Positions 24,163-37,422 are shown, counted from the stretch's first letter. The stretch: DNA of 63,983 nt from Octopus bimaculoides (GCF_001194135.2 NC_068995.1:13693407-13757389); one strand, 5' to 3'. Numbers and translations: made by a program. Notes: generated by a model from the letters alone, not told the origin.

Positions 24163-25105
24163 CATTCCAAGATATAAAGGTTTATTATATTAGTTATATC
24201 TTAACAGGACTCCATATGTAGATGTGTTGGGTAATCTGGTTTCTGTCTACATCTAACCCACCACTTCTATGAAAGTAAACAGTGACTAACCAGTGTGGGA
24301 ATCTCTCTGTGATTGTTTAATTTACTAGAAACAGTGACCACATCTCCTTTAAATTACATCTGTTCATTTTAAAAAAGGGAAGTACACATTAGGTAATTTA
24401 ATCTTTGGTACATTATCCCTTTCTTTTGTTTTTGCTCTCAACTCCTGATGGGAGCTCTGTTGTGGCATGCAGTATGTCTTGGGTCTTAGACATTTTAAAC
24501 TTGGCAAGGTCCATATTTCAACGAGAGAGAGAGAGAGATCTCAGTATTTAACTGGTACTTTATCAACTATCAACCCTGAAAGTATGAAAGGAAAAGTTGA
24601 CCTCAGTGGGACTTGAACTAAAAGCACCAACAACCAGAATAAATACCACAAGACATTCTATTACATGGCTCTTGTGTCTCTGCCAATTTACCACCTTGAT
24701 ACACAGGTCAGCTGAATCAGGGCTGGCCTGGGGATAAACAATAACACATTAACAATAACAAGAAAAATGATATTTTTTCTATGTGTAATATAGTTCAACT
24801 TAAACCACATTTAACAACATTGAACCAGAAATAAAGAAATAAGTTTATTTTGTCATTATATTACTGAAAGTCTCCATGGATAAGCCAAGCGAAAACAAAC
24901 GTTTACCAAGAGATCAACAGTTCATATCCAAACACCAATACTTTATTGTGTTCATGTCCAAGACATCTAAATTTTAACAACTGACTCCAGCAAGACACAA
25001 GTAAGTGTTGTGATTGCACTTAAACTGACAAGGGATAAGTAAGCAAGCAGTATTAATCCTTTTGACATCAGCCCAATTAAGATTGTTCCTGCTTCTATAA
25101 TCTCT

Positions 25106-25482
25106 GTGGAGGTGCAGTGGCCCAGTGGTTAGGGCAGTGGACTCGCAGTCATAGGATCGCGGTTTCGATTCCCAGACCGGGCTTTGTGAATGTTTATTGA
25201 GTGAAAACACCACGAGGCTCCGGCAGGGGATGGTGGCAAACCCTGCTGTACTCTTCCACCACAACTTTCTCTCACTCTTTCTTCCTGTTTCTGTTGTGCC
25301 TGTAATTCAAAGGGCCAGCCTTGTCACACTGTGTCATGCTGAATATCCCCGAGAACTACATTAAGGGTACGCGTGTCTGTGGAGTGCTCAGCCATTTGCA
25401 CTTTAATTTCACGAGCAGGCTGTTCCGTTGATCGGATCAACTGGAACCCTCGACGTCGTAAACGACGGAGTGCCAACAACAA
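25106..25482 (+). mobile_element. Full-length tRNA-derived SINE, family C, with 11-bp TSD
   Basis: A box TGGCCCAGTGG, B box GGTTTCGATTCC, (CAA)n tail; TSD CTATAATCTCT at 25095-25105 and 25483-25493. Confidence 0.92.
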
Positions 25483-25781
25483 CTATAATCTCTACTTTCT
25501 GTTTTAAAATGATCAGAATCAAAATCTTTCATCAAAAGGTTGGAAGGTAAAACTGACTTTGGTAATGAAGGAAAAAAATAATATTTAAGAAATCTGGTCA
25601 AAAACAGTGTGCTGATGTTTTAATTTTGAAAAAATAGCAATCATGAGAGAGAAATGATAAATAGTTTTTAAGTTTAGGATTCTGAGTTTGAATTTGCTGA
25701 CTTTTAAGATCTAAGTTTGTTCTTTGCAAACCATTTTATTTTAGCAAAATTTATTGTCTAATAGATAAAAAAAATACTTAC

Positions 25782-25891
25782 TTGTATAAACCTTCCCAAT
25801 CTCCTTTGATACCTGAAGTTAGTTGTGGACCAGACTGTTCCACCGTTTTCAAAAACTCATTGGCATCAAATGGCCGTAACCTGGGTGGAGC
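25782..25891 (-). CDS. DENND6: DENND6 exon 13
   Basis: tagcag|[36 protein letters not shown](K)|gtaagt, 110 nt, phase 0/2. Confidence 0.96.
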
Positions 25892-28008
25892 CTGCTAAGT
25901 TGAAGGCAGGAGTTAGAGAAATGATATTTGCATATTAAAGACAACTGAATTATAAGATAGACAAATCAAGTTTAATTACTGGCAGACACACACATGCAAA
26001 TATATACACAATACTGATTGATGTAGATAAAAATATAAGCTTCCCAGTGAACTGATATCTTAACAAAAAGTACCTTTAGCCCTTGAGAAAATCATAGATG
26101 TTACATTTACTTCTCTCATTTACATGACTTTGTACTTTTCTACAGTGCTTCTGGTCCTTGGAATGACTGGTCTTATGTTACCTCCCCTCACTTACCTCTC
26201 CTAGTTTCCCTAATCTTGAGTCTACTTTTCTAGATACAACACTAACAGCCAATCCCAATAGTTTTTCTCTCCAAAATACCAATGAAGCACTTTTCTAAAG
26301 CCCAAATAATAACAAAATTTAATTGCAGTCAAGTGGTAAGTAGTTAATTTCTTCACCTTATGTGATCAAGAACACCTGCCTGCCTGCTCTGTCTGCTTGC
26401 TTATTCATCTTCACAAGACACCATAGATTGCCTCTTTCCCCCATCAAGAACCTCTGTACCTATTCTCCATCTGAATGCCATGCAGAATAAGGCATCACAG
26501 TATCTCATCTGCTTCCATATTTCTACTCATTCTTAGAAAGGACCAATATGAATGTGTGTGTGCGTGCACTCTCTCTTTCTCACACGCACACACACACAGT
26601 GAGCCTTTTCTTTGAGCCAGTGATTAACCTCTACATGGTCACTTAAACTGCTTGAAACAGCAACCAAATCACTCTCGTCTCACCCTACTTTCTTAAAAAA
26701 AATTAAGGCTGCATTGAATGTAGTTCTAGATATAGTGTACGGAAAAAGAAGAAGAAAAAAAAAGACAGGATAGTGAAGGATGGCACCTTGATTACAGGAC
26801 TGCTTAATCAAAGCTGACCTGGGGTTAAACTATTGTATATTAAAAATAGCAACCAAATCCACCTTAAACAAGGTACAATGTATTAGATAATGAAGATAGA
26901 AAGCATTTCAAAGATGGGATGGCTATAACGAGTATGTCTTTGACTATACAACTTGCTCAAAAAAAGATGACATGGGATTAAACAAACATATTAAGGCACT
27001 GTTTCTCCACACGTTTTAAAAGTTTTAGCTCATGACCAAATAGGGAGAATGCTTCTTATTGAAGTAATTCACAAAGCTCGCAACTAATTTAAACAAGGGA
27101 GTGAAATCTGTTTTATGTAAGTCAGGCAAACCAGAGCAGACAGAGTTACGTCCCTTGGTCAAAGAGCACCAAAACTGCTGTACGGAGCAGTTTGCAAATT
27201 GATCTGTGGTCAGTTGTTGCAGTACCACAACTGCTCAGCCACATAATACAATTACCGAGTTCATTAATGAAACAATAGAAAATGTCCCCAATTTTCAACA
27301 AGAGTTGTATTTTTTGTTTTATTAACCAGCATCTAGTTAGTGTTTACGTTTGACACTTCTCAGTTACATCTTATCAAAATACTAACATGAATCAGAATTA
27401 ATAAAGTTGACTGAACTAACTTCAAACTCGTACAACTCGGGCCACAATTTAGAATGAAACATTAACCCCCCCCCCAAAAAACAAACAAACAAAAAAAAAA
27501 ACCTCAAAAAACCAAAAAGAGAGGAAACCCTGAAAATATTTCGTCTGTTTGGTTTGCAAGGTTCTGGATATGAACTCAGGTTTCGAAATAGATAATATTA
27601 TATCTCAGTGGGATAGGTCATTATGCCAATAATAAAGACACACACTGGTTGCATTTATTTTCTTTTGTTATTATTATTCAGTTACTTAACCATTCAATCA
27701 ATGAACTAATCGATTCTTTGCTTAATCGTTAAGGATGAAAAGTAAAGTTGACTTTGGCAGAATTTGAACTCAGAATGTAAAAATGGATAAAATGTTGCTA
27801 AGCATATTGTCTGATCTGCTGACGATTCTGGTACCTTGCTACCTTAGTTGACTAATCATATTAAAAGAAGTGAAATAGAATCAGTGTGCGTGTTTATTAT
27901 TGGCATAATATCGCACCTGAGATACAACAAAAACTGAAAATACTATCATAAAATAACAGAGAATTATTTGCTTAAGATGATATAACTCCAAATTCCACAA
28001 ACTCTTAC

Positions 28009-28062
28009 CTTGTGAGGAGAAATATTCCTTTGGAGTGGCATCAAACTGGCCATGTGTCGTTC
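28009..28062 (-). CDS. DENND6: DENND6 exon 12
   Basis: ccag|ERHMASLMPLQRNISPHK|gtaaga, 54 nt, phase 0/0. Confidence 0.96.
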
Positions 28063-28344
28063 CTGGAAATAAAGGAACAACGAAAAACACATTTAAAATT
28101 CTTTTCTTTTCTTTTTTTCCTTAGTTAATTTGACAAAGAGAAGGTGCAAATAAGGTGATACATTTGTATGTTTCTTTTTTGTGGTAGGGTTTTCCTAAAT
28201 TGCAAGTCGTGGAGATAAACTGAATGAGGTTAGCGGAAGAAATGGGGCATCGTGATGTTATTGTGTTTTTAAATGACAAAACTGTGTCCATCACACTGCA
28301 ACTGTTGTGGGTGTGTGTGTTTGTATGTATGAAGAGTGAAGGTA

Positions 28345-28665
28345 GGTGGCTTGGTGGTTAGGATATTAGGCCCACAATCATAAGGCCGTGAGTTCAATTC
28401 TGAGCGGCACATTGAGTCCTTAAGCAAGACACTTTATTTCACGTTGCTCAAGTCCACTCAGCTGGTAAAAATGAGTTGCACCTGTAATTCAAAAGGGGCC
28501 AGGCTTGTCACATTCTGTGTCACGCTGAATCTCCCTGAGAACCACGTTAAGGATATGAGTGTCTGTGGAATGCTCAACTGCTTTTACATTAATTTCATGA
28601 ACAGGTTGTTCCGTTGATCAGACAAACTGGAACCCTTGTTGTCGCAGCCAATGGTGTGCCAGTAT
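28345..28665 (+). mobile_element. Older family C SINE copy
   Basis: Diverged tRNA head, then TGTCACGCTGAATCTCCCTGAGAACCACGTTAAGG...CCGTTGATC as in 25106-25482. Confidence 0.8.
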
Positions 28666-29417
28666 AAAGTGTCAGTCCAGGAACTAATTAATTAGGCCAT
28701 TATCAAAATAAAGGACTTGATGTATTTAGTGCTTAGTTAAAATATTTACGAAAAGTTAATGATATTTTGACAACGATAGTTTTTCATTGAGAGTCCAGCC
28801 TCACCAAACTGACAAGGTCGGACTTGTCTGCTTGAGAAGACCTCACTCATTTCTATATTACTCTCAATGAACACACACACACACACACACAATTTCATCT
28901 TTGAGTCACAACACAAAGGAATGATTTTTTTTTTACAGGTTTGTTGCATGTATTTGTCAACAACAGCTTCCTCAGTAAATGTTTGACCTCAAAAAGTCTT
29001 CCAACAGGGTTGATACTTAAAAAGTGGTGTTTGTTAAAAAGTAACCCTTTTTTTTTCTGCAATAAAAATATATACAAACAAGGGTGTGTATGTATATGCG
29101 TAAATGCAATGTTTTAGTGTTGCTAATGAGTAAAAATTACAGAAAACAATTAAAATATTTACTGATTGTGAGATGCTAAATTCATTAATCATGCAAGTTT
29201 AGACTGGGGGCTTCAAATTTTCCAATAACAGCTCATTCAACTGCTTGAATACCCAGCCAACTTTAACATGATTAATACACACACACACACAAAACCAAAT
29301 GGTGATATTTTGAATGCATTTTATACACGTTTCTAGGAGTTATGTAAGATAGCCCTTACATAATACTACCTTCTTCAGTTGAATATTTTAAAGTGTATAT
29401 GTATACATACATATACA

Positions 29418-29448
<31 letters not shown>

Positions 29449-29523
29449 TGCTTAAGCATAGCAATACTAATAACCAACATACACATGCCTCAGCATTAGC
29501 CAAGTTCAGAGTGTAATAAGTGA

Positions 29524-29555
<32 letters not shown>

Positions 29556-30126
29556 NNNNNNNNNNNNNNNNNNNNNNNNNNNNNNNNNNNNNNNNNNNNN
29601 NNNNNNNNNNNNNNNNNNNNNNNNNNNNNNNNNNNNNNNNNNNNNNNNNNNNNNNNNNNNNNNNNNNNNNNNNNNNNNNNNNNNNNNNNNNNNNNNNNNN
29701 NNNNNNNNNNNNNNNNNNNNNNNNNNNNNNNNNNNNNNNNNNNNNNNNNNNNNNNNNNNNNNNNNNNNNNNNNNNNNNNNNNNNNNNNNNNNNNNNNNNN
29801 NNNNNNNNNNNNNNNNNNNNNNNNNNNNNNNNNNNNNNNNNNNNNNNNNNNNNNNNNNNNNNNNNNNNNNNNNNNNNNNNNNNNNNNNNNNNNNNNNNNN
29901 NNNNNNNNNNNNNNNNNNNNNNNNNNNNNNNNNNNNNNNNNNNNNNNNNNNNNNNNNNNNNNNNNNNNNNNNNNNNNNNNNNNNNNNNNNNNNNNNNNNN
30001 NNNNNNNNNNNNNNNNNNNNNNNNNNNNNNNNNNNNNNNNNNNNNNNNNNNNNNNNNNNNNNNNNNNNNNNNNNNNNNNNNNNNNNNNNNNNNNNNNNNN
30101 NNNNNNNNNNNNNNNNNNNNNNNNNN
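29556..30126. other. Assembly gap (571 N)
   Basis: Run of N between a (TA)n and an RTE 3'UTR repeat. Confidence 1.
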
Positions 30127-30370
30127 GTGCGGGTGGCACATAAAAGACACCATTTCGAGCGTGGCCGTTTTCGTGCGGGTGACACGTAAAAGCACCCACT
30201 ACACTCTCTGAGTGGTTGGTGTTAGGAAGGGCATCCAGCTGTAGAAACTCTGCCAAATCAGACTGGAGCCTGGTGTTGCCATCCGGTTTCACCAGTCCTC
30301 AGTCAAATCGTCCAACCCATGCTAGCATGGAAAGCGGACGTTAAACGATGATGATGATGATGATGATGAT
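30127..30370 (+). mobile_element. Young RTE 3'UTR and tail, family E
   Basis: Ends AACCCATGCTAGCATGGAAAGCGGACGTTAAAC(GAT)n; its first 30 nt are identical to the end of the RTE at 53668-53697. Confidence 0.85.
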
Positions 30371-30612
30371 GATATATATATATATTGAGAGAGAGAGACA
30401 CCATCATCATCATCATTTAATGTTTTCTATGCTGGCATGTGTAGGATGGGTTGACAGGAGCTGGCCAAGTAGAAGACTACACACACAGTGTGTGTGTGTG
30501 AAAAATGAGTTCAATAGCACAAAGACATATGTCATTGAAAAAAAAAAACACCAAGAAAAAGAAAAAAACAATTTTATAAAAGAGCAAAAAGTAAAAAAAA
30601 CATATAACTTAC

Positions 30613-30702
30613 TAAAGGAATCATGAAACTTTGCGTGAGTTCTAGGAAATATCGGCGTAACATTGCATTCTGAACTTCAACAGGTCTTTTAGTTTGTGCT
30701 CC
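30613..30702 (-). CDS. DENND6: DENND6 exon 11
   Basis: atag|[30 protein letters not shown]|gtaagt, 90 nt, phase 0/0. Confidence 0.97.
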
Positions 30703-30884
30703 CTATTTAGAAATGTTCAAAGATGGAATTTACAGAACATTACTTTTTACTGAGGAGTTAAACAACACAAAGCATTATAGTTTACTTGGCAGAAAAAGAA
30801 AACTGGGATTTTCTCGAAATGCAGACCCAAAATACTGAACAATGAAACAAATAGCAGTGCTGTATTCCTATATACATATACATA

Positions 30885-31262
30885 TGTGTGTGTTGGCACT
30901 CCGTCGTTTACGACATCGAGGGTTCCAGTTGATCCGATCAATGGAACAGCCTGCTCGTGAAATTAACATGCAAGTGGCTGAGCACTCCACAGACACGTGT
31001 ACCCTTAACGTAGTTCTCGGGGAGATTCAGCGTGACAAGGCTGACCCTTTGAATTACAGGCACAACAGAAACAGGAAGTAAGAGTGAGAGAAAGTTGTGG
31101 TGAAAGAGTACAGCAGGGTTTGCCACCATCCCCTGCCGGAGCCTCGTGGAGCTTTTGGTGTTTTCACTCAATAAACACTCACTACGCCCGGTCTGGGAAT
31201 TGAAACCGCGATCCTATGACCGTGAGTCCGCTGCCCTAACCACTGGGCCATTGCGCTTCCAC
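30885..31262 (-). mobile_element. Full-length family C SINE with 12-bp TSD
   Basis: Reverse complement of 25106-25482 (about 90-95% identical by eye); TSD TACATATACATA at 30873-30884 and 31263-31274; (CA)n tail. Confidence 0.92.
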
Positions 31263-31860
31263 TACATATACATAACAACATATATATCAGAACAACAAAC
31301 ATTTTAAGGCTATTTTTCCCTGGCTAAAAGTTGGAGTTAGCCTTGCATATCTCACAAGTCTTTTCCATACTTTTTTTTTATGGTTAGATGTCCTTCCTGA
31401 CATGAAACCTTTTGACTGTCTTCTACAACACACAAGGGAATGGCATATTTAAGTTAAAACAGAAATACACACAGTAAATACACAAACACACACATATATA
31501 AACATAAAGGTGTCAATGTGTGTATATGTGGAAAAAGGGTAACTGAAAAAATTGCAAAACTGCATACAAAACTAATGTATAAAAGATGAGGTTAATATAT
31601 AGAGGAATCTAAGTTATTTATTATTACAGTAACTTCTCTCAGAAAAGTGGATGTATAAGTTTTACAATTCTACACAGCAGCTAAAAGAAAGCCTCTTAGA
31701 TAGGATATTTCAAAATAACTACCATTAAAAAGACATTTAAAAAGAGATATTTCGAACAAAATATTTAATAACTTTCCCAAGCTACATGAATTGCAATGAA
31801 GATGACGACTGTAAATTAAATGTGTAAATGTTTGAAATAAATTATTATCAAGATTATAAA

Positions 31861-32055
31861 TCTTACTCTTTCCTTGTTTCAGTCATTTGACTGTGGCCAT
31901 GCTGGAACACTGCCTTTAGTCGAGCAAATTGACCCTAGGACTTATTCTTTGTAAGCCAACTACTTATTCTATTGGTCTCTTTTGGCGAACCGCTAAGTTA
32001 TGGGGACGTAAACACACCAAGCGATGATGGGAGACAAACACAGACACACAAGCAT

Positions 32056-32088
<33 letters not shown>

Positions 32089-32252
32089 CGACGGGCTTCT
32101 TTCAGTTTCCGTCTACCAAATCCACTCACAAGGCTTTGGTTGGCCAGAGGCTATAGTAGAAGACACTTGCCCAAGGTGCCACGCAGTGGGACTGAACCTG
32201 GAACCATGTGGTTCGTAAGCAAGCTACTTACCACACAGCCACTCCTGCGCCT
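31861..32252 (-). mobile_element. CORE-type tRNA-derived SINE, family A (~390 bp)
   Basis: Head AGGCGCAGGAGTGGCTGTGTGGTAAG, B-box-like CCAGGTTCAGTCCC, CORE-like GGCACCTTGGGCAAGTGTCTTCTACTATAGCCTC, internal (TA)/(TG) microsatellite, AAAGAGT-type tail. Confidence 0.88.
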
Positions 32253-33376
32253 TAGAAAAATATTTTCATCTCTACCATGTTTTAGATAAAACAAAATCCA
32301 TGGAGACGGGTGGTGTTCTGCATCATCAAGACTTGTATTACATGGGAAAAAAGCATCGTAATTAATTAGCAAAGTGAAGTTGCTGTGTGGATTGGAATAT
32401 ATAATATTCTGGGTAAAGATGACAGAAGGAAAATATAAGAAAGACAGCAGAGTTTTACACCCACTGTTTGAGAAACTGGTTGCAACTCTGAAGGACTTCC
32501 CACGGCAATTTCACTGTACAATTGTTGTTTTTACCAAATAATACTGTTTCAATGGGTTTAATCTCTGAGTAGGCATTGGGCATGGGTCTTTTACAACCTC
32601 CAGTTGACCACTTTGTGAGTGGAATTTGTTCGATGGAAACTGCAGAAGCTCATCGTATATGTGCGCCCATGTTTGTATTTGAAATAATACTGTTAGTTGA
32701 AACAGAAAAACCCTGTGTTATGTCAAAATGGTAACTTAACCAATCAATAAAATATAGATCAAGAAAACTCCTGGAGATCACTCTAACTAAAAACCGCTGA
32801 AGAAGGCAGTACCCTAGTATAGATACAGTCCAATGACTGAAGTCTGTAATTAGAAAAACAGCCTTAGCCCAGGATGTGAACACAGTAATGAATTGGATTT
32901 GAACCAGGTACTTTTATTTTTAAACTAAATATAATTACACACTAATCCACTAAGTATACGCATCAGAGGTGTAGTGTAGGTTTTGGTTACCCTGTGTAGT
33001 AGCCAAATTGTCCACCCACTTCTTTAAACGTAATGTGCCTTTGACAGCAGCAACCGCACACATATATAAAGTGGCCAACCTGTGTAAAACTGCATGCACC
33101 TCACAACCCACATTATGTCACTGGTCTTACTCTTCATTTAACAATAAAGTTTCAGAGTTAGAATCCAGTATCCTATTCCTGGATGTACACACTGAGGAAT
33201 AAGACACCAGATGATAACTAGAGCTCAGACGAATGAAAATATAGTCTATACTATATTTGTAAATATTGGAGATGAAAGTAAATGGAAACAAAGTACAGGT
33301 GTTAAATTATTTCTAGTGACGAAGTCAAAAATCTTTCCCCGAAATTATAATCTTACTGGCTGAAAATTAATCTTAC

Positions 33377-33441
33377 CTTTATAACTCGCTTTAAAATAAC
33401 TTTGTCTTTATTTAAAAATGTTTTGTATCTTGTATAAACAC
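33377..33441 (-). CDS. DENND6: DENND6 exon 10
   Basis: ctag|(G)VYTRYKTFLNKDKVILKRVIK|gtaaga, 65 nt, phase 1/0. Confidence 0.95.
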
Positions 33442-33683
33442 CTAGAATAGAGAGAAAGGTAAATACAAAAGTAACAATAAGAATTTATTCTTTTGATTAT
33501 TAGACGGAACATTTTTCAGATCCTGACAAGTCATCCAACTTAAGCTAGCATGAAGGATAGATGTTAAGATGAAGGATATATAATTAGTTACAGTTTCATG
33601 CTTTCTGAGCGTAAAACCAAGGCAGGAAGCCAAGTCGAATCACCAACCCAAAATACGAATATATGACAAAAAATAAGTTTTAC

Positions 33684-33752
33684 CTGGTTTTGAATCTAAT
33701 GTTTTCAAAGCTGTAGACTTCTTTAATTTGTTGAACTGTTTAGGGGAACTTA
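33684..33752 (-). CDS. DENND6: DENND6 exon 9
   Basis: gcag|(V)SSPKQFNKLKKSTALKTLDSKP|gtaaaa, 69 nt, phase 1/1. Confidence 0.95.
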
Positions 33753-35123
33753 CTGCAAAAATAAAACAAACAACAATAATATAAATATGAGAAGAAAGCA
33801 GATTTGAAGAACCAACTGAAAAGTTAATATTCCAAACTCTTATGTACACTTACAGGTATGAAGTAAATCACTTTTTACAATGGAATTCAAAGTAGCTAAA
33901 GCTATAATAATAGCATGTAGAATATTGGCTTAACGAGCCCTGTTATCTATAGCTTTAGCGACTAGGAGTTCCATCATTAAAAATGACTTAGTGTCATGTC
34001 TCTTGAATGAAAATTTACAGGTATGTCCAAAACTTTTACTGATTTCATTTCTTAAAACACTTTCTTCATTACTGTTCTACATTCAGGTTGGAAAATTTAT
34101 TTGTTAGAAAAATTACTTTTTTTACAGCTGATGCCCCTCTTACCTGAGAATTTTAGATTAAATTCAGGCTATCAAAAGTAAATGGATATGGGAAGGGGTG
34201 TGAACAGCCCCCCCCCCCAAAAAAACAACAACAAACAAACAAAAAAAACCTTACGTTAATATCTTTGCATTTGTCTTTTCTGCAATGCCACTAGCCTCAG
34301 ATAACTCAAAGACCCACTGCTCTACATCACTCTGATGTCAGCTTCCCCACTTTACTTCAATGCTGGCTACCTTACTTTTTCTTGAAACATGCCCCACCTT
34401 ATTTAATCCAAGCTGCTCCTCATAAATCAACCCAGAGCTTTACTACTTCGCTTTGACATCAGCCGTTCTGCTTTACCCCAACAACAGCTGCTTTAAGTAT
34501 TTCACAGAAACCCGATTCACCTTACTGACAAAATGCTCCTTCTAATTCTTGTCCAGAGATGACTGACCTCACTCCAGTATAAGTGATTCCACCATACTCT
34601 TGTACCATTACCCTAGAACAATGCAATGCCAGTTGTCCTACCTTGTACCAATATCAGTTGCCCAATCTTACCCCAATATCAACTGCCCTTTCAGTACTCC
34701 AGTTGCACTACTATACTCAATGGCAGTTGCCCTATTTTACTTTAGCTACAGCTGTTCCAGTTTTATTGATAACCACAAATAACAAACCCTCAGTAAACCC
34801 CCTCCTCCCAGAATATAAGCATTCATTTACTTTTTACACCTTCTACAAGTGGCTGTTACTTTATGAAGGACTGTAAAATATATTGAAAATATATGACAAC
34901 AGAAACTAGAAATAACAGAAAGTAAAGCTACGACAATGCTTTTGATACAGCATGCAAGGTTGACTAAGTGGTTGGCTAGGTATTGTTGAGGGAGAGAACA
35001 ATCTAAGGATATCTACAACATAAGAAATAACAATTCTCACCAGTGGTTCTCAAACAGTGCACTGAAGAACACCAGTGTGTTGCAAGGGGTATCTAAGTGC
35101 ATTAAACATTAAAAAAATATAAT

Positions 35124-35341
35124 TTAACCCTTTAGTGTTTATACCGGCCATATCCAGCCAAAATATTCTACCCGTTTTATCAGTCAGATATGGCCTTTCA
35201 TAGCTACCTTACAGTGTCATTTTAAAAATCAAAATCACATCATTGAAATCTCAAAACATTAGATAATAATTGATTGGTTTAAAGTGGTGTGAATACAGAA
35301 GCCTTACATTTGACAGAAGAATCTGAATACTAATGGGTCAA
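35124..35341. mobile_element. piggyBac-type MITE, family P1
   Basis: TTAA-CCCTTTAG start and diverged GGG-TCAA end; body as at 20476. Confidence 0.65.
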
Positions 35342-35464
35342 GGCATTAGAAATCCATATTAATTCCTGAGAGTCTTGAAAAAATATGTTAGTCATAATTG
35401 TTATACACAAGTATGATTATTAAAACAATAACCTAATATATATATATTTTCTAAGTGTTTAAAT

Positions 35465-35694
35465 TTAACCCTTTTGTTACCATATTTCTGTTGAGAAAGT
35501 CTGTGTTTCTTTCAATTAATTTAAAATATAACAAAGAATTTAGTAAAATAACTTATTTATCATTGAGCTCGTGTTAGGAACATAAATTGTGACTAAGGTT
35601 TGGTGGAAGATTTTAATTCAGAATTTTTGAAAACAAGATATTTATATTATAGAGCCAGAGGCAGTTTGAAGCAGGTTAGTATCAATAGAGTTAA
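35465..35694. mobile_element. piggyBac-type MITE, family P2
   Basis: TTAA-CCCTTTTGTTACC...ATCAATAGAG-TTAA; inverted sister copy at 50057-50275. Confidence 0.65.
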
Positions 35695-36329
35695 AATAGT
35701 TGTTTTTTTTTTTTTGTTTAAAAACTGTCCATGTGATGTGCACTAGTAATTTTTTATATTTGATCTCCAATGTGGCACAAATTCAAAATGACTAAGAACC
35801 ATTGTGTTTCACAAGTTGCACAGCTGAGGTAGATAAGAAGTGTCACAGTTAAAGTAACAGGTGATGAAATCATTGAAGTAACAGGTGTCACAACTGAGAT
35901 AAGAAGTTGATGTAGCCATGGTAACAGATATCAGAATATGGAATAAAAGGTGCCAAACTGGTTCAAGCTGACTTAAAAGATTTGACAGGTGAGACAAGAG
36001 TGACCACACTTGAAATAACAAGTGCCACATCAGACATAAAAGGTATCGATACTTGACTTAATAGGTGACATAAGTGAGATCTAATACTGTAGTTCATTCA
36101 GTACAAGAAATCTCAAACTTGGTAGTTAAAGAAGAAAGATAAATTAACGTTACACCAGAGATTGATATTTTAATTATAGCTGTTGTTGTTGTTGTTTTAG
36201 ATCTGAATGAATCCTGGTCAAGCAAATCGAAGGCTATGATTGAAGGTATTCTTGCTGTGACCAAGCCATATTTTTTTTCAGACACAATGTATCTAGGATT
36301 ACATCATTCAATGTATCCTTGCTGTAGAG

Positions 36330-36565
36330 CAGTGGTTCTCAACCAGGGTCTATATAAGATTTTACTGTTAAAATTTATGCGCAATGAATTGGTTACACTT
36401 CTATAATACACAAAATATTTTAGCATATTTTTATACAATTCCTAACAATATTCAATTATAAAAATGTAATATTTTTTTTTAACTATTTAAGACCAAGAGG
36501 GTGCACCCAAATGAAATAGGAATCAAGGGGTCAAAGGTTAAAAAAAAAATGGTTGGGAATCATTG
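36330..36565. mobile_element. hAT/Charlie-like MITE
   Basis: TIR CAGTGGTTCTCAACC / GGTTGGGAATCATTG; imperfect 8-bp TSD CTGTAGAG/CAGTAGTG; second copy at 49271-49523. Confidence 0.65.
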
Positions 36566-37422
36566 CAGTAGTGTATGATTTGAGGGTGATTGGGCTGCCA
36601 TTTCTAGCATGTGGAAGCAACTTTGTAGAGTTTTACCTCATTGGTTTCTGTGATCCTAGTTTATTGTTGATGTTGCTTATTCATATGTTAATTATATTTA
36701 GTGCTTAAAAATATATTAACAAATGGTTAACTATAGTGTTCTAAAGGTGACTCTAAATTTGCACAAAACTTAACAAAACTTACAAAAATTTGGTTCCTGA
36801 ATTTGGTTTTCTAGAGGATAGAAAAACAACAGATAGCTTATTATTGAGCATTAATTTAATTGAAAATTTATCACAGTTCATTGCTGTTTATAAAGTTTAA
36901 TTAAAAAAAAAAATTCTGAGAACCCATTATGTTTGTGTCTCCTACATCAAGAAGGATTTGTTGAGAGCCAGGGCTTAGTTCTCATTTCCATGGTATGAAG
37001 TTGATGAGTAAATCACAGTTGAAGCATCGTAGAATATACTGTTGTTCCCAGAGAGACACTGAAACACTAGCAATGGGTTTTGAAGTAGTTTTTACTTAGC
37101 AAAAAATCTAATACCTTATTCATATGGCCACCTTTCTACTCATTATTATTGTATTAAACCAGCAAGTAGTAGTTGTTATTGTTCAGCCCAAATTCAGCTC
37201 TGACTAAGCAGACTTATGATCAGAGGAGTTCCAGTTTCCAGATGTGACCATTCCATATTAGTTTTTCTAAACATTATCCAATATATCTTTGTTTTTTATT
37301 TTAAGTTAGCAGAAAGAGAACAAGAGTTATTTTCTATTTCTAACAAGCTCTCTTGTTGGTTCAATTCAATTAGTAACAGATGACAGAGGTAAAGTGAAAT
37401 AGGTGAGGAAATATAAACATAC

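Noticed and set aside
25106-25180. tRNA gene-like sequence
   Set aside because: It is the head of a SINE (continues into the repeat body with tail and TSD); no complete cloverleaf. No true tRNA or rRNA genes were seen in the window.
27025-27228. Unique, CpG-containing intronic ORF as an alternative DENND6 exon
   Set aside because: The available acceptor is phase-incompatible with exon 12 and gives an early stop.
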